From: an uncultured Nitrososphaerota archaeon
GTDB taxonomy: Archaea > Asgardarchaeota > Njordarchaeia > Njordarchaeales > Njordarchaeaceae
Reading direction: 5' to 3'
Assembly: GCA_964518475.1 (NCBI GenBank)
Contig: CAZFGR010000001.1
Span: 192,001-256,000, forward strand
DNA length: 64,000 bases
Made by a program: the position numbers and the translations under genes
Part shown: positions 29,525-39,911 of the stretch, one piece after another
Numbering within the stretch: the first letter of the stretch is position 1
Layout of the letters: each line of letters starts with the position of its first letter
Notes under the pieces: generated by a model
Databases searched by the model: none
Seen by the model: only the letters and a program-made list of their open reading frames with translations
What the model was told of the DNA's origin: nothing

Positions 29525-30058
29525 ATGCCTACTAAACGTCCAGCTTACTGTTATAAAGTTCCTCCAAAAAAGCCGTATACTAGGAGGGAATACATCAAAT
29601 CGATCCCTCAGTCGGATATAAGGATATTTGAACTAGGTAATCCAAACTACAAATATGATTATGTTGTATTACTAGTTTCAGAGCAGAGAGCTATGATATT
29701 AGACAGAGCTCTAGAAGCCGCCAGAATCGCTGCAAACAGATTCCTTACGAAAAAAATTGGTCGAGGAAACTATTTCATGAGAATAAGACCATACCCCCAC
29801 CATATAATTCGTGAAACGAAATTCCTAGGTGTTGCTGGAGCCGACAGAATTCAACAGGGAATGCGAAAAGCTTTTGGCAAACCTGTAGATCGAGCAGCCA
29901 TTGTCCGCGTAAACCAGATAATTATGGAGATATGGGTAACTGCTGATGGTTTAGAATTAGCTAAAGAAGCTGCAAGGAGATCTGCTCATAAACTGGGAAT
30001 CGACCATAGGATAGAGATAAAGAAATTCGAGGAAATGTATCCAAAATTGGCGAGATAG
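29525..30058 (+). CDS. rpl10e: 50S ribosomal protein uL16 (L10e)
   Basis: ALEAARIAANR and GADRIQQGMRKAFGKP motifs. Confidence 0.95.
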   Translation: MPTKRPAYCYKVPPKKPYTRREYIKSIPQSDIRIFELGNPNYKYDYVVLLVSEQRAMILDRALEAARIAANRFLTKKIGRGNYFMRIRPYPHHIIRETKFLGVAGADRIQQGMRKAFGKPVDRAAIVRVNQIIMEIWVTADGLELAKEAARRSAHKLGIDHRIEIKKFEEMYPKLAR

Positions 30059-31273
30059 CTATCCCCGAGCCCCTGCTGCCACTATTTTTATTACATCTCT
30101 ATTCCTTAGTACATAATCTTCGGGTAGCTTCTTCTTTGAACGCACATCAATAGCGTATAGAAAAGTTTTTGCTAACTCTGTATGAATTAATGCAGCAAAT
30201 TCGCGAACAGTTGTTCCTTTCTTAACTAGGAACACGTCTGGTAAAACATTTCCTTTTTTGTCACTCAATCTATTGATATCCTCCACAGGATATACCGCTA
30301 TCATTTGCCCAACATCAAAAACCGCCTTATTTATCGCTTTCTGTACCCCAGTTCCTTTCCACTTTTCAAGCAATTCTTCTATTTTTTGAAAAAGTTTCTT
30401 CTCTCTTTCAGATAAAGCATTAGGCTTAAGTATCTCGAAATGATCGCTCCCTCTAACATATTTGATTATTCCTTTCTCAGCATACCTTACTAATGCTAAT
30501 TCTGCAAGCGCTGAGGCAGGAACTGCATCTATTCCCGAATCTAGCATTCTCTTAAAGTTTTCTTCGGCCACTGGGATATCAATCTTATTAGCAACTACGA
30601 CTATTGGTTTCGAAACCTCCCTTAACTTCCTAGCAAATTCATATAACTCTTCATCGCTCCATGATCTCGGTTTTTCCACATTAAGATCTAGCATCTCTAC
30701 CACTTTCTTGATGTGCTCTACTCTTATACCTAATCCAGATAATCTCTCAGCAAGAGCCTCCGCTAAATCTAATTTCTCGACCTCGATTCTTCTAGCCCAT
30801 CTCCCCCAATCTCTCTTTAATATCTGGAAAAACCATCGTGCTATTTCTTCCTCCAAGAAAGCAACATCTTTTAAAGGATCCCACATTCCCGGCTTTCCAA
30901 GAGGCCTTCCATCAGCGTCAAAAGAGCCAGAAGCGTCAACAATATGTAATAAGACGTCTGCTTGTCTTAAATCATCAAGAAATTTATTTCCAAGCCCACG
31001 ACCTTTCCAAGCATCTGGCACCAAGCCGGCTACATCAATCATTTTAACAGGTATATGCCTTATCCCTTCTATGCATAATGAGTTGCGAGGATTATCCTTT
31101 ACATTGAAATCTCTACAAACACATAATTGCGTAGCGAACGCCGTTCCAAGGTTAGGTTCGATCGTTGTGAATGGATAATCGGCTGTTTTCGCTTCAGAAG
31201 CGGTCGCTGCATTAAAGAATGTTGTCTTACCCGAATTAGGTTTTCCAACAATACCAATCAGCATTTCATCCAC
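30059..31273 (-). CDS. ychF: Obg-family ATPase/GTPase YchF-like with TGS domain
   Basis: GKPNSGKTT, YPFTTIEPN, DVAGLVP and NKID motifs. Confidence 0.9.
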   Translation of the reverse strand: MDEMLIGIVGKPNSGKTTFFNAATASEAKTADYPFTTIEPNLGTAFATQLCVCRDFNVKDNPRNSLCIEGIRHIPVKMIDVAGLVPDAWKGRGLGNKFLDDLRQADVLLHIVDASGSFDADGRPLGKPGMWDPLKDVAFLEEEIARWFFQILKRDWGRWARRIEVEKLDLAEALAERLSGLGIRVEHIKKVVEMLDLNVEKPRSWSDEELYEFARKLREVSKPIVVVANKIDIPVAEENFKRMLDSGIDAVPASALAELALVRYAEKGIIKYVRGSDHFEILKPNALSEREKKLFQKIEELLEKWKGTGVQKAINKAVFDVGQMIAVYPVEDINRLSDKKGNVLPDVFLVKKGTTVREFAALIHTELAKTFLYAIDVRSKKKLPEDYVLRNRDVIKIVAAGARG

Positions 31274-31275
31274 CT

Positions 31276-31995
31276 TTAAATAATAACCCCTCTTGACTTG
31301 ATTAATCTTCTTACAGCGGGATTTTTACTCTCTAATTCTCTTAATACTGTATCGAAAGATTCATCAGGAGAAAGAACCCGCTTGATAAAAACTCCGGTTC
31401 TACCAATTTGATCTCTCCGGGTAAGGACGTATATCCTTTCTTTTACAATATCAATGGATATACCAAGCATCTTAGCAACTTCCTCTTCTCTCCCTATGAT
31501 AGAATATTCAACATGACCATCGTCTCTCGGTATTATTAGTACTAATCTCTTGTCAACTCCTGGTACTCTGTTTTTATAATTTCTCGCTCTTGCTAAGTCA
31601 ATAATCCCTCCAAACTTATAAAATTCCTGCTCCAAATTATTGAGCGGAGTTAAGGGAAATGTTATTATTGTCTCGGGATCTATGTAAATGTGGGCCTTTA
31701 TAGCATGGCGTGGCGTAGCTTGCACAATTTCTCGAGCATAAATTCTACCAAATGCCTCTTCGATAATATACTCTAAACGATATGCAGGTGGTGGAGTGAA
31801 TATTATGATGTCAATGTCGCTTGTCTTCTTTACATCCCCTCTAGCTAGTGATCCGTAAAGATAAGCTTTGATATTATTTTCATCAAGCAGTTCAAGAATT
31901 TTAACTGCTTTCTCTCGTTTTAGTCTTAATAATGTCCAATGTTCATCATCATAGATCACTCTTTTATACCAGTTTCTCAGAACTTTCTCTCGCAT
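31276..31995 (-). CDS. archaeal nucleotidyltransferase domain protein
   Basis: YGSLARGDVKKTSDIDI, RVPGVDKRL and GRTGVF motifs. Confidence 0.85.
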   Translation of the reverse strand: MREKVLRNWYKRVIYDDEHWTLLRLKREKAVKILELLDENNIKAYLYGSLARGDVKKTSDIDIIIFTPPPAYRLEYIIEEAFGRIYAREIVQATPRHAIKAHIYIDPETIITFPLTPLNNLEQEFYKFGGIIDLARARNYKNRVPGVDKRLVLIIPRDDGHVEYSIIGREEEVAKMLGISIDIVKERIYVLTRRDQIGRTGVFIKRVLSPDESFDTVLRELESKNPAVRRLIKSRGVII

Positions 31996-32112
31996 TAGAA
32001 AGCCACCATCGCTTCTCTAAAGTTCCTGATTATGAAAATTTATTAAAAATACCAATTACGGAAAAAATTTATTTACCTTCTTCCTTCCTAGAGAATAAAG
32101 GTCTATTTAGGA

Positions 32113-32848
32113 ATGGTAAGAAGATTGTTTTGAAGACATAATACAACGACTAAGGTTCTTCCTGTACGAGAATATTATATTTATTTACGGCCATAGAGGG
32201 GTTGGGAAAACTACTCTTGTTCTGCAAGCGAGCGCCAATATGCTTTTGCGAGGATATACTCTATACCTATTAGTGCCAAACTATCCGAGAACATTAAAAC
32301 TTCTCTGTCGATTATATCCGCATATAAAACGAAGGAGAAATCTTAATATATATCTCTTGAACGATCTGGATGAACTTATAGATACTCTCACTGAGATATC
32401 GCTAAAAGATACAAAAGAGAGAAATAAAGCAGTTATACTTGACGACGTCCTTCCTATCCGTTTTTTTGTTGGAAAACTATGGGATGAAGATTTTGCGAAA
32501 AGAATAGGTCTTATGTTTTCATTGCTGGGAATGCTCCTAGAAGATAAAGTGAAGGTGATATTAACATTACCTGAACATGATAACATTCCACTGCCAAGAA
32601 GATGGAGCGCTTTTATAGAGTTTACAGATTACTTCTATAGGTTGCGCAGAAGGGGGAGAATTAGAGAACTTTTCATTGTTAAGCCTCTCAATCTCTCCCC
32701 CGAAGGATACCCATGGAACATATCACTCAGCAATCTCGAACTAGAAACCATACTTCTTGCTAGGTTATATCCCATGGAATACGGATTTTCTTTAATTGAG
32801 AGAGAGGAACCTTCTGATAACCACAGAACGGATACACAATATAATTAG
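32113..32848 (+). CDS. RecA/RadB-like P-loop ATPase; the N-terminus needs a +1 frameshift or a non-standard start
   Basis: The frame of ORF 32240-32848 extends upstream through IFIYGHRGVGKTT (Walker A) to an in-frame TAA at 32117; Walker B-like VILDD; the nearest upstream ATG (32113) is in another frame. Confidence 0.6.
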
Positions 32849-34487
32849 GAAAAAGGCCTCTCTCTTTGAATATAGCGAAGTGCTGCCTCGTATTTGGCAT
32901 TGTGAAATGCCTATGGGCGCTTGGTGGAGGTAATATTCTCTTATTCTCATCTAGCTTTCTATCTCCCAGTATGATTATTTTTCTCTTATTATCTACTCTA
33001 AATCCGCATTTTATGCAGTAAAAAGCTCCTTTCCCTTTGCTTTTTAACCTGTTACCACATTTTGGACAAAAAGGATTTTTATAAGTCTCTTCAGGAACAA
33101 GCCTTTCAATAGTCAATTCTTCGGCATTAAGCACAATATAGTCTTTTTCTCGTCCAATAACGGCGCCCGTTATTTTTATCCAATCGCCTTTTAATAGCTT
33201 CTCAGCCACCACTTTTAGCATCCCCGTAGGTGCATAGAAATTTATTATTGCTTTAGAGATACCATCAGAAGCTTTCACAATAACTTTGTTTCCCTCTTTA
33301 AGCACTTCTTCTACTTGTAGGGAAACCTTAATTGTCCAATATAACCTAGCGACACATAATTCATCAACCGGAATAACATGTGCATTAGTCCCCTGGTTCG
33401 TCTTATATATGCACCAGAAATCAAAGTCTTCATGCTCTAATATGTTGAAACCTAGCAATAATGCTTCTGCAACATCACCCCTAATACCTAATAGAACTGG
33501 ATCCGGACCCATAGGTGTTATAAGAAGACGCTTTTTCTCAATATTGTCAAAGGTTAAACATCCAAGTAATCTATCCATTATCTCTACACTGTTCTTTTCA
33601 ACAAATCTTTTAGATCCCCATCTCTTTCTCTTTCTATAAACTAATAATTCGAAGGTATAATCGTTAAAGAAGGCTCCAGTGGCTGCTAGGGCTCCTATAA
33701 TTCCACGAGCCCAATGCTCTTCTGCCCAAATCTCAATTACTCCGTTAGAAATTTTCTTTACATATTCTAGAGCTTCTTCTACTGTAATTACGTCTCTTAA
33801 AGCTTTTTGGTAAATAGTTTTTAGCTCCTTAGGTATCTTAAGGGAGTTACTATAGTAGAATACAATGGCTGGCTGTGTTTTTTTGAAGCCAGACACAAGG
33901 TTCTCTTCGACAACTTTCAGGATTCTCTCTTTTAGTTCCTCTAAAATTTCTCCTCGTGTTTTTATGTAGAGAGATACTGATGCATTTCCTCTTGTTTTCC
34001 ATGGAATGTTTGGATTTAGCCTAACTAGATAGGGATAATCGATAAACTCGATACTCTTTATTTTGCTGAGTTCTAAAGCTATTAAAGCACCTAAATACGT
34101 TGTACATAGTCCATAAGGTGTATCCGTGTCATCAATACCAATCCTTAAAAAAATGTCTCTCTCTGGTCTAATATTCTCTCTTTGAATAGTGAATACTTCT
34201 TTAAGGTGGTTTTTTTCTTTCATTGCTTGCTGTAATTTCTTTAGCTGAAAGCGTTTAAGATCGTCATAGGTTCTTATCTCGGGATACTTTGAAAGACATT
34301 GATTACATACTCTTGCGTATCCTATCATTACACCACATTCGTCACATATTATCCGTCCGCAAATCGCACAGTAACCTCTTGCTGGATTCGAGTAACAATT
34401 TTCACATAAGGAACTCTTACAAATCTCGCAGATAATCCCTTTAGAAACCTTACGACCACAAAAGACACATTTACCCAATAACTCCAC
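32760..34487 (-). CDS. tiaS: tRNA(Ile2) agmatinylcytidine synthetase with an extra N-terminal Cys-rich domain
   Basis: IGIDDTD, LVRLNPNIPWKTRGN, TPMGPDPVLLGIRG, TNQGT and C-terminal CPKC...CIKC motifs. Confidence 0.92.
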   Translation of the reverse strand: MELLGKCVFCGRKVSKGIICEICKSSLCENCYSNPARGYCAICGRIICDECGVMIGYARVCNQCLSKYPEIRTYDDLKRFQLKKLQQAMKEKNHLKEVFTIQRENIRPERDIFLRIGIDDTDTPYGLCTTYLGALIALELSKIKSIEFIDYPYLVRLNPNIPWKTRGNASVSLYIKTRGEILEELKERILKVVEENLVSGFKKTQPAIVFYYSNSLKIPKELKTIYQKALRDVITVEEALEYVKKISNGVIEIWAEEHWARGIIGALAATGAFFNDYTFELLVYRKRKRWGSKRFVEKNSVEIMDRLLGCLTFDNIEKKRLLITPMGPDPVLLGIRGDVAEALLLGFNILEHEDFDFWCIYKTNQGTNAHVIPVDELCVARLYWTIKVSLQVEEVLKEGNKVIVKASDGISKAIINFYAPTGMLKVVAEKLLKGDWIKITGAVIGREKDYIVLNAEELTIERLVPEETYKNPFCPKCGNRLKSKGKGAFYCIKCGFRVDNKRKIIILGDRKLDENKRILPPPSAHRHFTMPNTRQHFAIFKERGLFPNYIVYPFCGYQKVPLSQLKKIRIPWDIT

Positions 34488-34548
34488 CTTAATGCCCTTT
34501 ATTTAATAATCAAGTTTTTAACCCGTGACTAATCCTTAATAATTATTA

Positions 34549-34694
34549 TAGCCTGGCACGGCTCCTTGGTCTGCCAAGATAAACAATGCGGCAGACCGAG
34601 CCGTGCCATGGTACACCCCGAGCCGAGAGAGCTCACCCGAGGAAAGCTGGAAAAGCGATCCGATGAGGGCTGGGTGTTAGTTGCTCGGGGAACA
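34549..34694 (+). ncRNA. two-hairpin H/ACA-like guide RNA candidate
   Basis: GC-rich island; two hairpins each followed by ACA (34613-34615, 34692-34694); hairpin 2 has an internal pocket and K-turn CCC-GA-GGA/TCC-GAT-GA-GGG; TTTTAA box about 30 nt upstream. Confidence 0.65.
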
Positions 34695-34775
34695 ATTCTC
34701 AATAATAAAAAATAAAAAATCAACATGTGGGTCTACTAAGTATTCGGAATATCATGATCTCCAGCTACAAGACAC

Positions 34776-34865
34776 GCCGCGGTAGCTCAGTGGTAGAGCG
34801 CGGGACTCGTAAAGCATACTCGAGAAATCCCGAGGTCGCGGGTTCGAATCCCGCCCGCGGCTCCA
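34776..34865 (+). tRNA. tRNA-Thr(CGT) with a 15-nt canonical BHB intron (34812-34826)
   Basis: GCCGCGG/CCGCGGC acceptor stem, encoded CCA, central helix CTCG/CGAG. Confidence 0.93.
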
Positions 34866-35152
34866 CTACTTTGTTTACTGTTATTATGTCAACACACTTT
34901 TCCTGCCCCGACTGGTTATTTATTTCCATTACTCTAAGAACACTTATTACTAATCGTTACCTTATGTCAATTGCTAATGTAAAAAAAGTAATCATTACGG
35001 TTATTGTGCAACTAGTATGTTATCTAGAAAGCAGTGAAATATCCTCATCAATAATTGGTATGAGTTTATTGAATCTTGAGACCCAACCAAAGTTTTTATA
35101 TCATTTACTAAAGTGATAATGGATTATCTTAAAAGGATTGAGGGAAGGAACG

Positions 35153-35842
35153 ATGTCGATTAGTGAAAGAGAGTTATATAACAATGTACTAAAGGCTATT
35201 CGAGAATTGAGAAAAGTCTCTCCAAAAAGAAATTTCACAGAAGCTGTTGAAGTTCAAATTGCTCTTAAGGATTATGATTTATCGAAACCAGAGAATAGAT
35301 TTAGAGCTCGTATAACTCTTCCATATCCACTCGCTAAGAAGGATAAAATAGCAGTTTTCGCGGACGATCCTCATATCCCAGCGCTCAGAGAACTGGCTAA
35401 AAAAGGAGAAATAACTCTTATCGATAAAGCCAGAATAGAAGAATTAAAATCAAATATAAGAAAGATGAAGAAGATCGCTAGAAAACACAGAATCTTTATC
35501 AGTAGCGCTACATTAATGGGAATCATTGGTAGATATTTCGGTAGACTATTAAGCCCTAGAAACAAGATGCCAATTCCAGTTGGGATAACCGACGATATTA
35601 CTAACGCTATTAACTTAGCTAAAAGAACGGTATTGGTAAGGCTTCATAAGTCGCCTACTATACATGCGAAAGTCGGCAGTATTGACATGCCAGATAACGA
35701 ATTAGCTGAGAATATCGTGGCTTTTATAAATGATATTAAAAATAGACTTCCGAAAGGGTGGCGAAACATTAGAAATATTGTCATTAAAACGACTATGGGT
35801 CCACCAATCAAAGTTGAGATAGAGACTAGAAAACGAAAATGA
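35153..35842 (+). CDS. rpl1: 50S ribosomal protein uL1
   Basis: KRNFTEAVE and IKTTMGPP motifs. Confidence 0.95.
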   Translation: MSISERELYNNVLKAIRELRKVSPKRNFTEAVEVQIALKDYDLSKPENRFRARITLPYPLAKKDKIAVFADDPHIPALRELAKKGEITLIDKARIEELKSNIRKMKKIARKHRIFISSATLMGIIGRYFGRLLSPRNKMPIPVGITDDITNAINLAKRTVLVRLHKSPTIHAKVGSIDMPDNELAENIVAFINDIKNRLPKGWRNIRNIVIKTTMGPPIKVEIETRKRK

Positions 35843-35864
35843 GATATCGCGAGGTGCAATCGAC

Positions 35865-36911
35865 TTGTCTCTAATGGTATATAAACGTAAAAAACCGATT
35901 CCACCCGAAAAAGTAAGGAAGCTAGAAAGGATAAAGAAGCTACTTGAGAAGTATTCTAAGTTTCTAATAATTGATTTTCATGAAGTATCAGCAAACCTAA
36001 TGCATAAATTGCGAAGCAAACTACGTGGCAAAGCAGAAATAGTAGTTATCAAGAATACTCTGACAGAAAAAGCTATTGATGAACTCTCGAATAAAAAGCC
36101 AGACTTAGTTAAAATGAAAGAGTACTTAACGGGTATGCGAGCTTTTGTATTTACTGAAGGCGATCTCTTCGAGATAGCTCGGATGATAGCTGAAGAAAAG
36201 GAAATAAAACCACCTACACCCGGTAAAATATCTCCTATCGACATCGTGATTCCCAAGGGATCGACAGGTCTGCGTCCAGGCCCAGCAATGACTGATCTCA
36301 GACTTGCTGGTTTGCCCGTTCGTATAATAGAAGGCGAGCTTTTCATAATGGAGGACACAGTGCTTGTCAGAAAGGGCCAAAGATTATCCTCTCAAGTTGT
36401 TAAAGTATTGCAAATTCTAGATATTCATCCATTTGAGGTAAGCCCAAAGGTAATCTGCGCATACGATAATGGCATTATAATACGCGGAGAAATACTATTG
36501 AAACCAATTGAAGAATACGAAGAAATGATTGCTAAAGCCATAAGTGAGGCAATGAATATTGCCGTAAATCTGGCAATTCCAGTACCAGAGGCTATAGAGA
36601 ATATCATTAGAGTTGCGTATATGCATGCTACATCATTAGCTATAGAAACAGCGATCCCACTACCTGACACAGCTGAACACCTCCTCGCACGAGCGATGAA
36701 TATTGCCCGAGCTTTAGTAAGTGAAATAGCCAAAGAGAAACCAGAAATATTACCAAAGAATCTCAAAAAATTAGCTCAAGCACCGGCTGCGCCTGCTGCC
36801 GAAGCAGCCCCTGCAGAGGAGAAGAAGGAAGAAGAGAAGAAAGAGGAAAAGAAAGAGGAAGAGAAGAAGGAAGAGGAGTCACTAGCAGGCCTAGCAGCCC
36901 TATTCGGATGA
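35865..36911 (+). CDS. rplP0: 50S ribosomal stalk protein uL10 (P0)
   Basis: VIKNTL, TGLRPGP and acidic tail ending GLAALFG. Confidence 0.95.
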   Translation: MSLMVYKRKKPIPPEKVRKLERIKKLLEKYSKFLIIDFHEVSANLMHKLRSKLRGKAEIVVIKNTLTEKAIDELSNKKPDLVKMKEYLTGMRAFVFTEGDLFEIARMIAEEKEIKPPTPGKISPIDIVIPKGSTGLRPGPAMTDLRLAGLPVRIIEGELFIMEDTVLVRKGQRLSSQVVKVLQILDIHPFEVSPKVICAYDNGIIIRGEILLKPIEEYEEMIAKAISEAMNIAVNLAIPVPEAIENIIRVAYMHATSLAIETAIPLPDTAEHLLARAMNIARALVSEIAKEKPEILPKNLKKLAQAPAAPAAEAAPAEEKKEEEKKEEKKEEEKKEEESLAGLAALFG

Positions 36912-36912
36912 A
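36779..36912 (+). repeat. 134-bp exact direct repeat, copy 1 (3' end of uL10)
   Basis: Identical by eye to 37186-37319. Confidence 0.9.
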
Positions 36913-36985
36913 AAATTTTAAAAGAATGTGGGAGTGATAACTTTTTATCACACACAAACTCTAAACCAGTAAAACGGTGAGAACT

Positions 36986-37318
36986 ATGAGCAACATGTCA
37001 TATATTTACGCTGCTTTAATCTTACACGAAACTGGGAAAGAAATCACTCCAGAGGGTATTGTTTCAATACTCAAGGCCGCTGGTATGTCTGAAATTGATG
37101 AGAGTTTCGCTAAAGCTGTAGCATCAGCGCTTGCTAAAGTAGATATTGAAGAAGTAAAGTCCAAGGCTCTGTTCGCTCCAGTAGCAGCACCGGCTGCGCC
37201 TGCTGCCGAAGCAGCCCCTGCAGAGGAGAAGAAGGAAGAAGAGAAGAAAGAGGAAAAGAAAGAGGAAGAGAAGAAGGAAGAGGAGTCACTAGCAGGCCTA
37301 GCAGCCCTATTCGGATGA
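36986..37318 (+). CDS. rpl12: ribosomal stalk protein P1/L12
   Basis: [16 protein letters not shown] motif and acidic tail. Confidence 0.95.
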   Translation: MSNMSYIYAALILHETGKEITPEGIVSILKAAGMSEIDESFAKAVASALAKVDIEEVKSKALFAPVAAPAAPAAEAAPAEEKKEEEKKEEKKEEEKKEEESLAGLAALFG

Positions 37319-37319
37319 A
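37186..37319 (+). repeat. 134-bp exact direct repeat, copy 2 (3' end of P1)
   Basis: Identical by eye to 36779-36912. Confidence 0.9.
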
Positions 37320-37327
37320 TTTTTTAG

Positions 37328-37567
37328 GTGTATCATTTGCCAAAATTACCTCTTGCAGTACTAAGATCAGCAGTAAATAAGAAAGTCCGTATCAGGTTGA
37401 AGGATAACTCGACTTACGAAGGACAATTAATAGCGTTAGACGAGTACATGAATGTCGTACTTTCAGATACCGTTGAGTTGGACGAAAACATGAATCCAAA
37501 GGTTCGGTGGGGCGTAACTCTGATTCGAGGAAATAACATACTATGGGTAGAAATAATTGAAGAGTAG
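37328..37567 (+). CDS. Sm-like archaeal protein (SmAP/Lsm)
   Basis: Sm1 YEGQLIALDEYMNVVL and Sm2 LIRGNNI motifs. Confidence 0.92.
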   Translation: MYHLPKLPLAVLRSAVNKKVRIRLKDNSTYEGQLIALDEYMNVVLSDTVELDENMNPKVRWGVTLIRGNNILWVEIIEE

Positions 37568-37582
37568 AAAGGTAGGATTCCA

Positions 37583-37858
37583 TTAGAAAAAGTTCCAGAA
37601 GAGAGCCCACGAGACTATTAGCAAAATGAAGTAACTGAATGTACCATCCCAAAGAGCAAGCTTCAGTATCGGTACCTCTCGTAACCTAGTAAGTTTGAAA
37701 GCTGCTATAACCAAAGCTAGTATTAGGATCGCTATTAGAAAACCATAGATTCCTGTTATATCTAGCAATCCTAAGATAGCCCCTAGAACTAACCCTACTA
37801 CCATTTTTGTCAAAACGAAAATATCTTCTTCTCTTTCTATCGTTTTATTTCTCTTCAA
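37583..37858 (-). CDS. EMC6/Rab5ip-like small membrane protein
   Basis: Three TM segments; GAILGLLDITGIYGFL and GTFSYFILLIVSWALFWN resemble the EMC6 pattern. Confidence 0.6.
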   Translation of the reverse strand: MKRNKTIEREEDIFVLTKMVVGLVLGAILGLLDITGIYGFLIAILILALVIAAFKLTRLREVPILKLALWDGTFSYFILLIVSWALFWNFF

Positions 37859-37895
37859 CTCAATTCACCACGCATCTTCTCCTGAGGGATCATTA

Positions 37896-39911
37896 ATGTA
37901 CCGCGATGAGACTATGTCATCACCAGACATACTAGCTATTTTAAAAGAATTAAAAATATTGGAGAACGCAACTATTGACAATTTATATCAGCAGGATAAA
38001 CTAATTAGCTTAAAAGTTAGGACGCAGAAGGGTACAAAGCTTCTCTTAATAGAACCAAGTGTCAGAATACATTTCACAGAAACGATCATTAACTGGCAAG
38101 CAACAAACTTCATTCTAATGATTAGAAGACACCTCAATGATAAGAGAATTCTAGAAGTTAAGCAATACATGTTTGACAGAATTATTGAGATTCTCTTAAG
38201 TGAAGGCTATCGCATAATAGCCGAAATCATACCTAGAGGAAACTTCATAGTAACAAAGAATAGCAAAGTACTTTTTGCATTAGAGCATGTCCATATGCGA
38301 GACAGAGCTATATATCCGGGAGCTACTTTCAAGTACCCTCCAAGAAGTCCAGAAAATCCCCGAAATCTTTCAATAGAACAATTTAAACAAATATTACTGG
38401 CAGGAAAAAACATTCTACACGGTTTATTAAGAACAGGTATCGGGAAAAAATACGCATTAGAAGTCTGCTACAGAGTAGGTGTGGATTGCGAGAAAAAACC
38501 TAATGAAATCTCGGAAGAAGACATAGTTTCAATTTATGAATGCTTAATAAAGATACTTGAGATCATTGAGAGAGAAAACCTTTCTCCTCGCGTGTATATG
38601 AAAGAAAATAAAGTAGTAGCGTTCGCGCCGATTGAGCTAAAATATTTCGAAGAAAACGGCTATGAGAAAGGATTATTCCCTACATTTAGCGCTGCTTTAG
38701 ATTTCTATTTCAGTAAACTTCAGACAGAAAAACCTGAAACAACCCTTATAGCCACGCTAGAAAAAGAAAAAAAGAAATTATTAGCAAGGATAGATAGTCA
38801 AAAGAAGAGAATAGAGGAACTATTGTTAGATGAAAAAAGAGCTAGAGAATTAGCCGAAAAAATCTATGAGAATCTCCCGATCCTACAGTCGATACATGAA
38901 ACCATAAGAAAAGCGAGACTAGAGAAAAAACTTGAATGGGATGAAATAATAGCCCGTGTTAATGAGGGAAAGAAATTAGGTCTCAAAGAGGCATTAATGA
39001 TTGAAAAAATATCTCGTGATGGAAAAATCCATGTGAAACTGAACTCTCACAAAATAGTCCTAGATATTCGAAAAAATCTCCATGAAATTGCTGAAGAATA
39101 CTATCAGAAGGCTAAAAAAATTCGCGAAAAAATAGAAACTGCTAAGAAAGAACTTGAAAAATCCCTCGCCGAGCTTCAGTTATTAGAGGAGAAAATCAGG
39201 AAAGAACTGGAGGAAGAGCGAATAATCATAAAAACTAGGCCAAAACAATGGTATGATTCATTTTATTGGTTCATCTCAAGTGATGGTTTCTTAGTAGTTG
39301 CTGGTAGAGATGCTTCCTCAAACGAAAAACTCGTAAAAAAATACTTAACAGAGAAAGATCTCTTTCTGCACGCCGAGATCCACGGAGGCGCAGCAGTAGT
39401 TATAAAGAATCCAGAGGGAAAAGAGATCCCTCAAACAACTCTAGAGGAAGCAGCCATATTTGCTGCTGCTCGATCCAAAGCTTGGCAAAAAGGTTTAACA
39501 GCAATAGACGTTTTCTGGACGCCCCCGGACAAAGTCTCGCTTACACCACCCTCTGGTATGTATAGACCAACAGGCGCTTTCATAATAAAAGAAAGAAATT
39601 ACCTCCATAACGTTCCATTAAAACTCGCTATCGGAGTAAAAATTGTTCGAGAAAACGACGAGGTAATCATTGATCTACTAGCTGGACCACCAACTGCAAT
39701 AAGAAAATTAACAGATCTCTACGTAGTAATCGTTCCCGGAAATTGGAAGAAGAGTGCTGTTGCGAAGAAGATTATTGAAATATTATTAAGAAAAGCCGGG
39801 AACGATCCCGTAAAGTTAAAAGCCGTAAAAAGTATAAAGTTGGAGAGGATCATTGAGCTTATTCCTGGTCCTTCCCAAATCCTAGAATCTGGAGATGAGA
39901 GTAATGACTAA
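37896..39911 (+). CDS. rqcH: ribosome quality-control factor Rqc2/NEMF/RqcH
   Basis: FDRIIE, WFISSDGFLVVAGRDASSNE and HAEIHGG motifs. Confidence 0.92.
   Translation: MYRDETMSSPDILAILKELKILENATIDNLYQQDKLISLKVRTQKGTKLLLIEPSVRIHFTETIINWQATNFILMIRRHLNDKRILEVKQYMFDRIIEILLSEGYRIIAEIIPRGNFIVTKNSKVLFALEHVHMRDRAIYPGATFKYPPRSPENPRNLSIEQFKQILLAGKNILHGLLRTGIGKKYALEVCYRVGVDCEKKPNEISEEDIVSIYECLIKILEIIERENLSPRVYMKENKVVAFAPIELKYFEENGYEKGLFPTFSAALDFYFSKLQTEKPETTLIATLEKEKKKLLARIDSQKKRIEELLLDEKRARELAEKIYENLPILQSIHETIRKARLEKKLEWDEIIARVNEGKKLGLKEALMIEKISRDGKIHVKLNSHKIVLDIRKNLHEIAEEYYQKAKKIREKIETAKKELEKSLAELQLLEEKIRKELEEERIIIKTRPKQWYDSFYWFISSDGFLVVAGRDASSNEKLVKKYLTEKDLFLHAEIHGGAAVVIKNPEGKEIPQTTLEEAAIFAAARSKAWQKGLTAIDVFWTPPDKVSLTPPSGMYRPTGAFIIKERNYLHNVPLKLAIGVKIVRENDEVIIDLLAGPPTAIRKLTDLYVVIVPGNWKKSAVAKKIIEILLRKAGNDPVKLKAVKSIKLERIIELIPGPSQILESGDESND

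Noticed and set aside
34554-34608. Hairpin 1 as a BHB substrate or SECIS element
   Set aside because: Only one 3-nt bulge, no SECIS core, and no in-frame TGA selenoprotein nearby.
34529-35116. ORFs 34529-34726 (-) and 34727-35116 (+)
   Set aside because: They overlap the structured ncRNA and tRNA-Thr; likely spurious.
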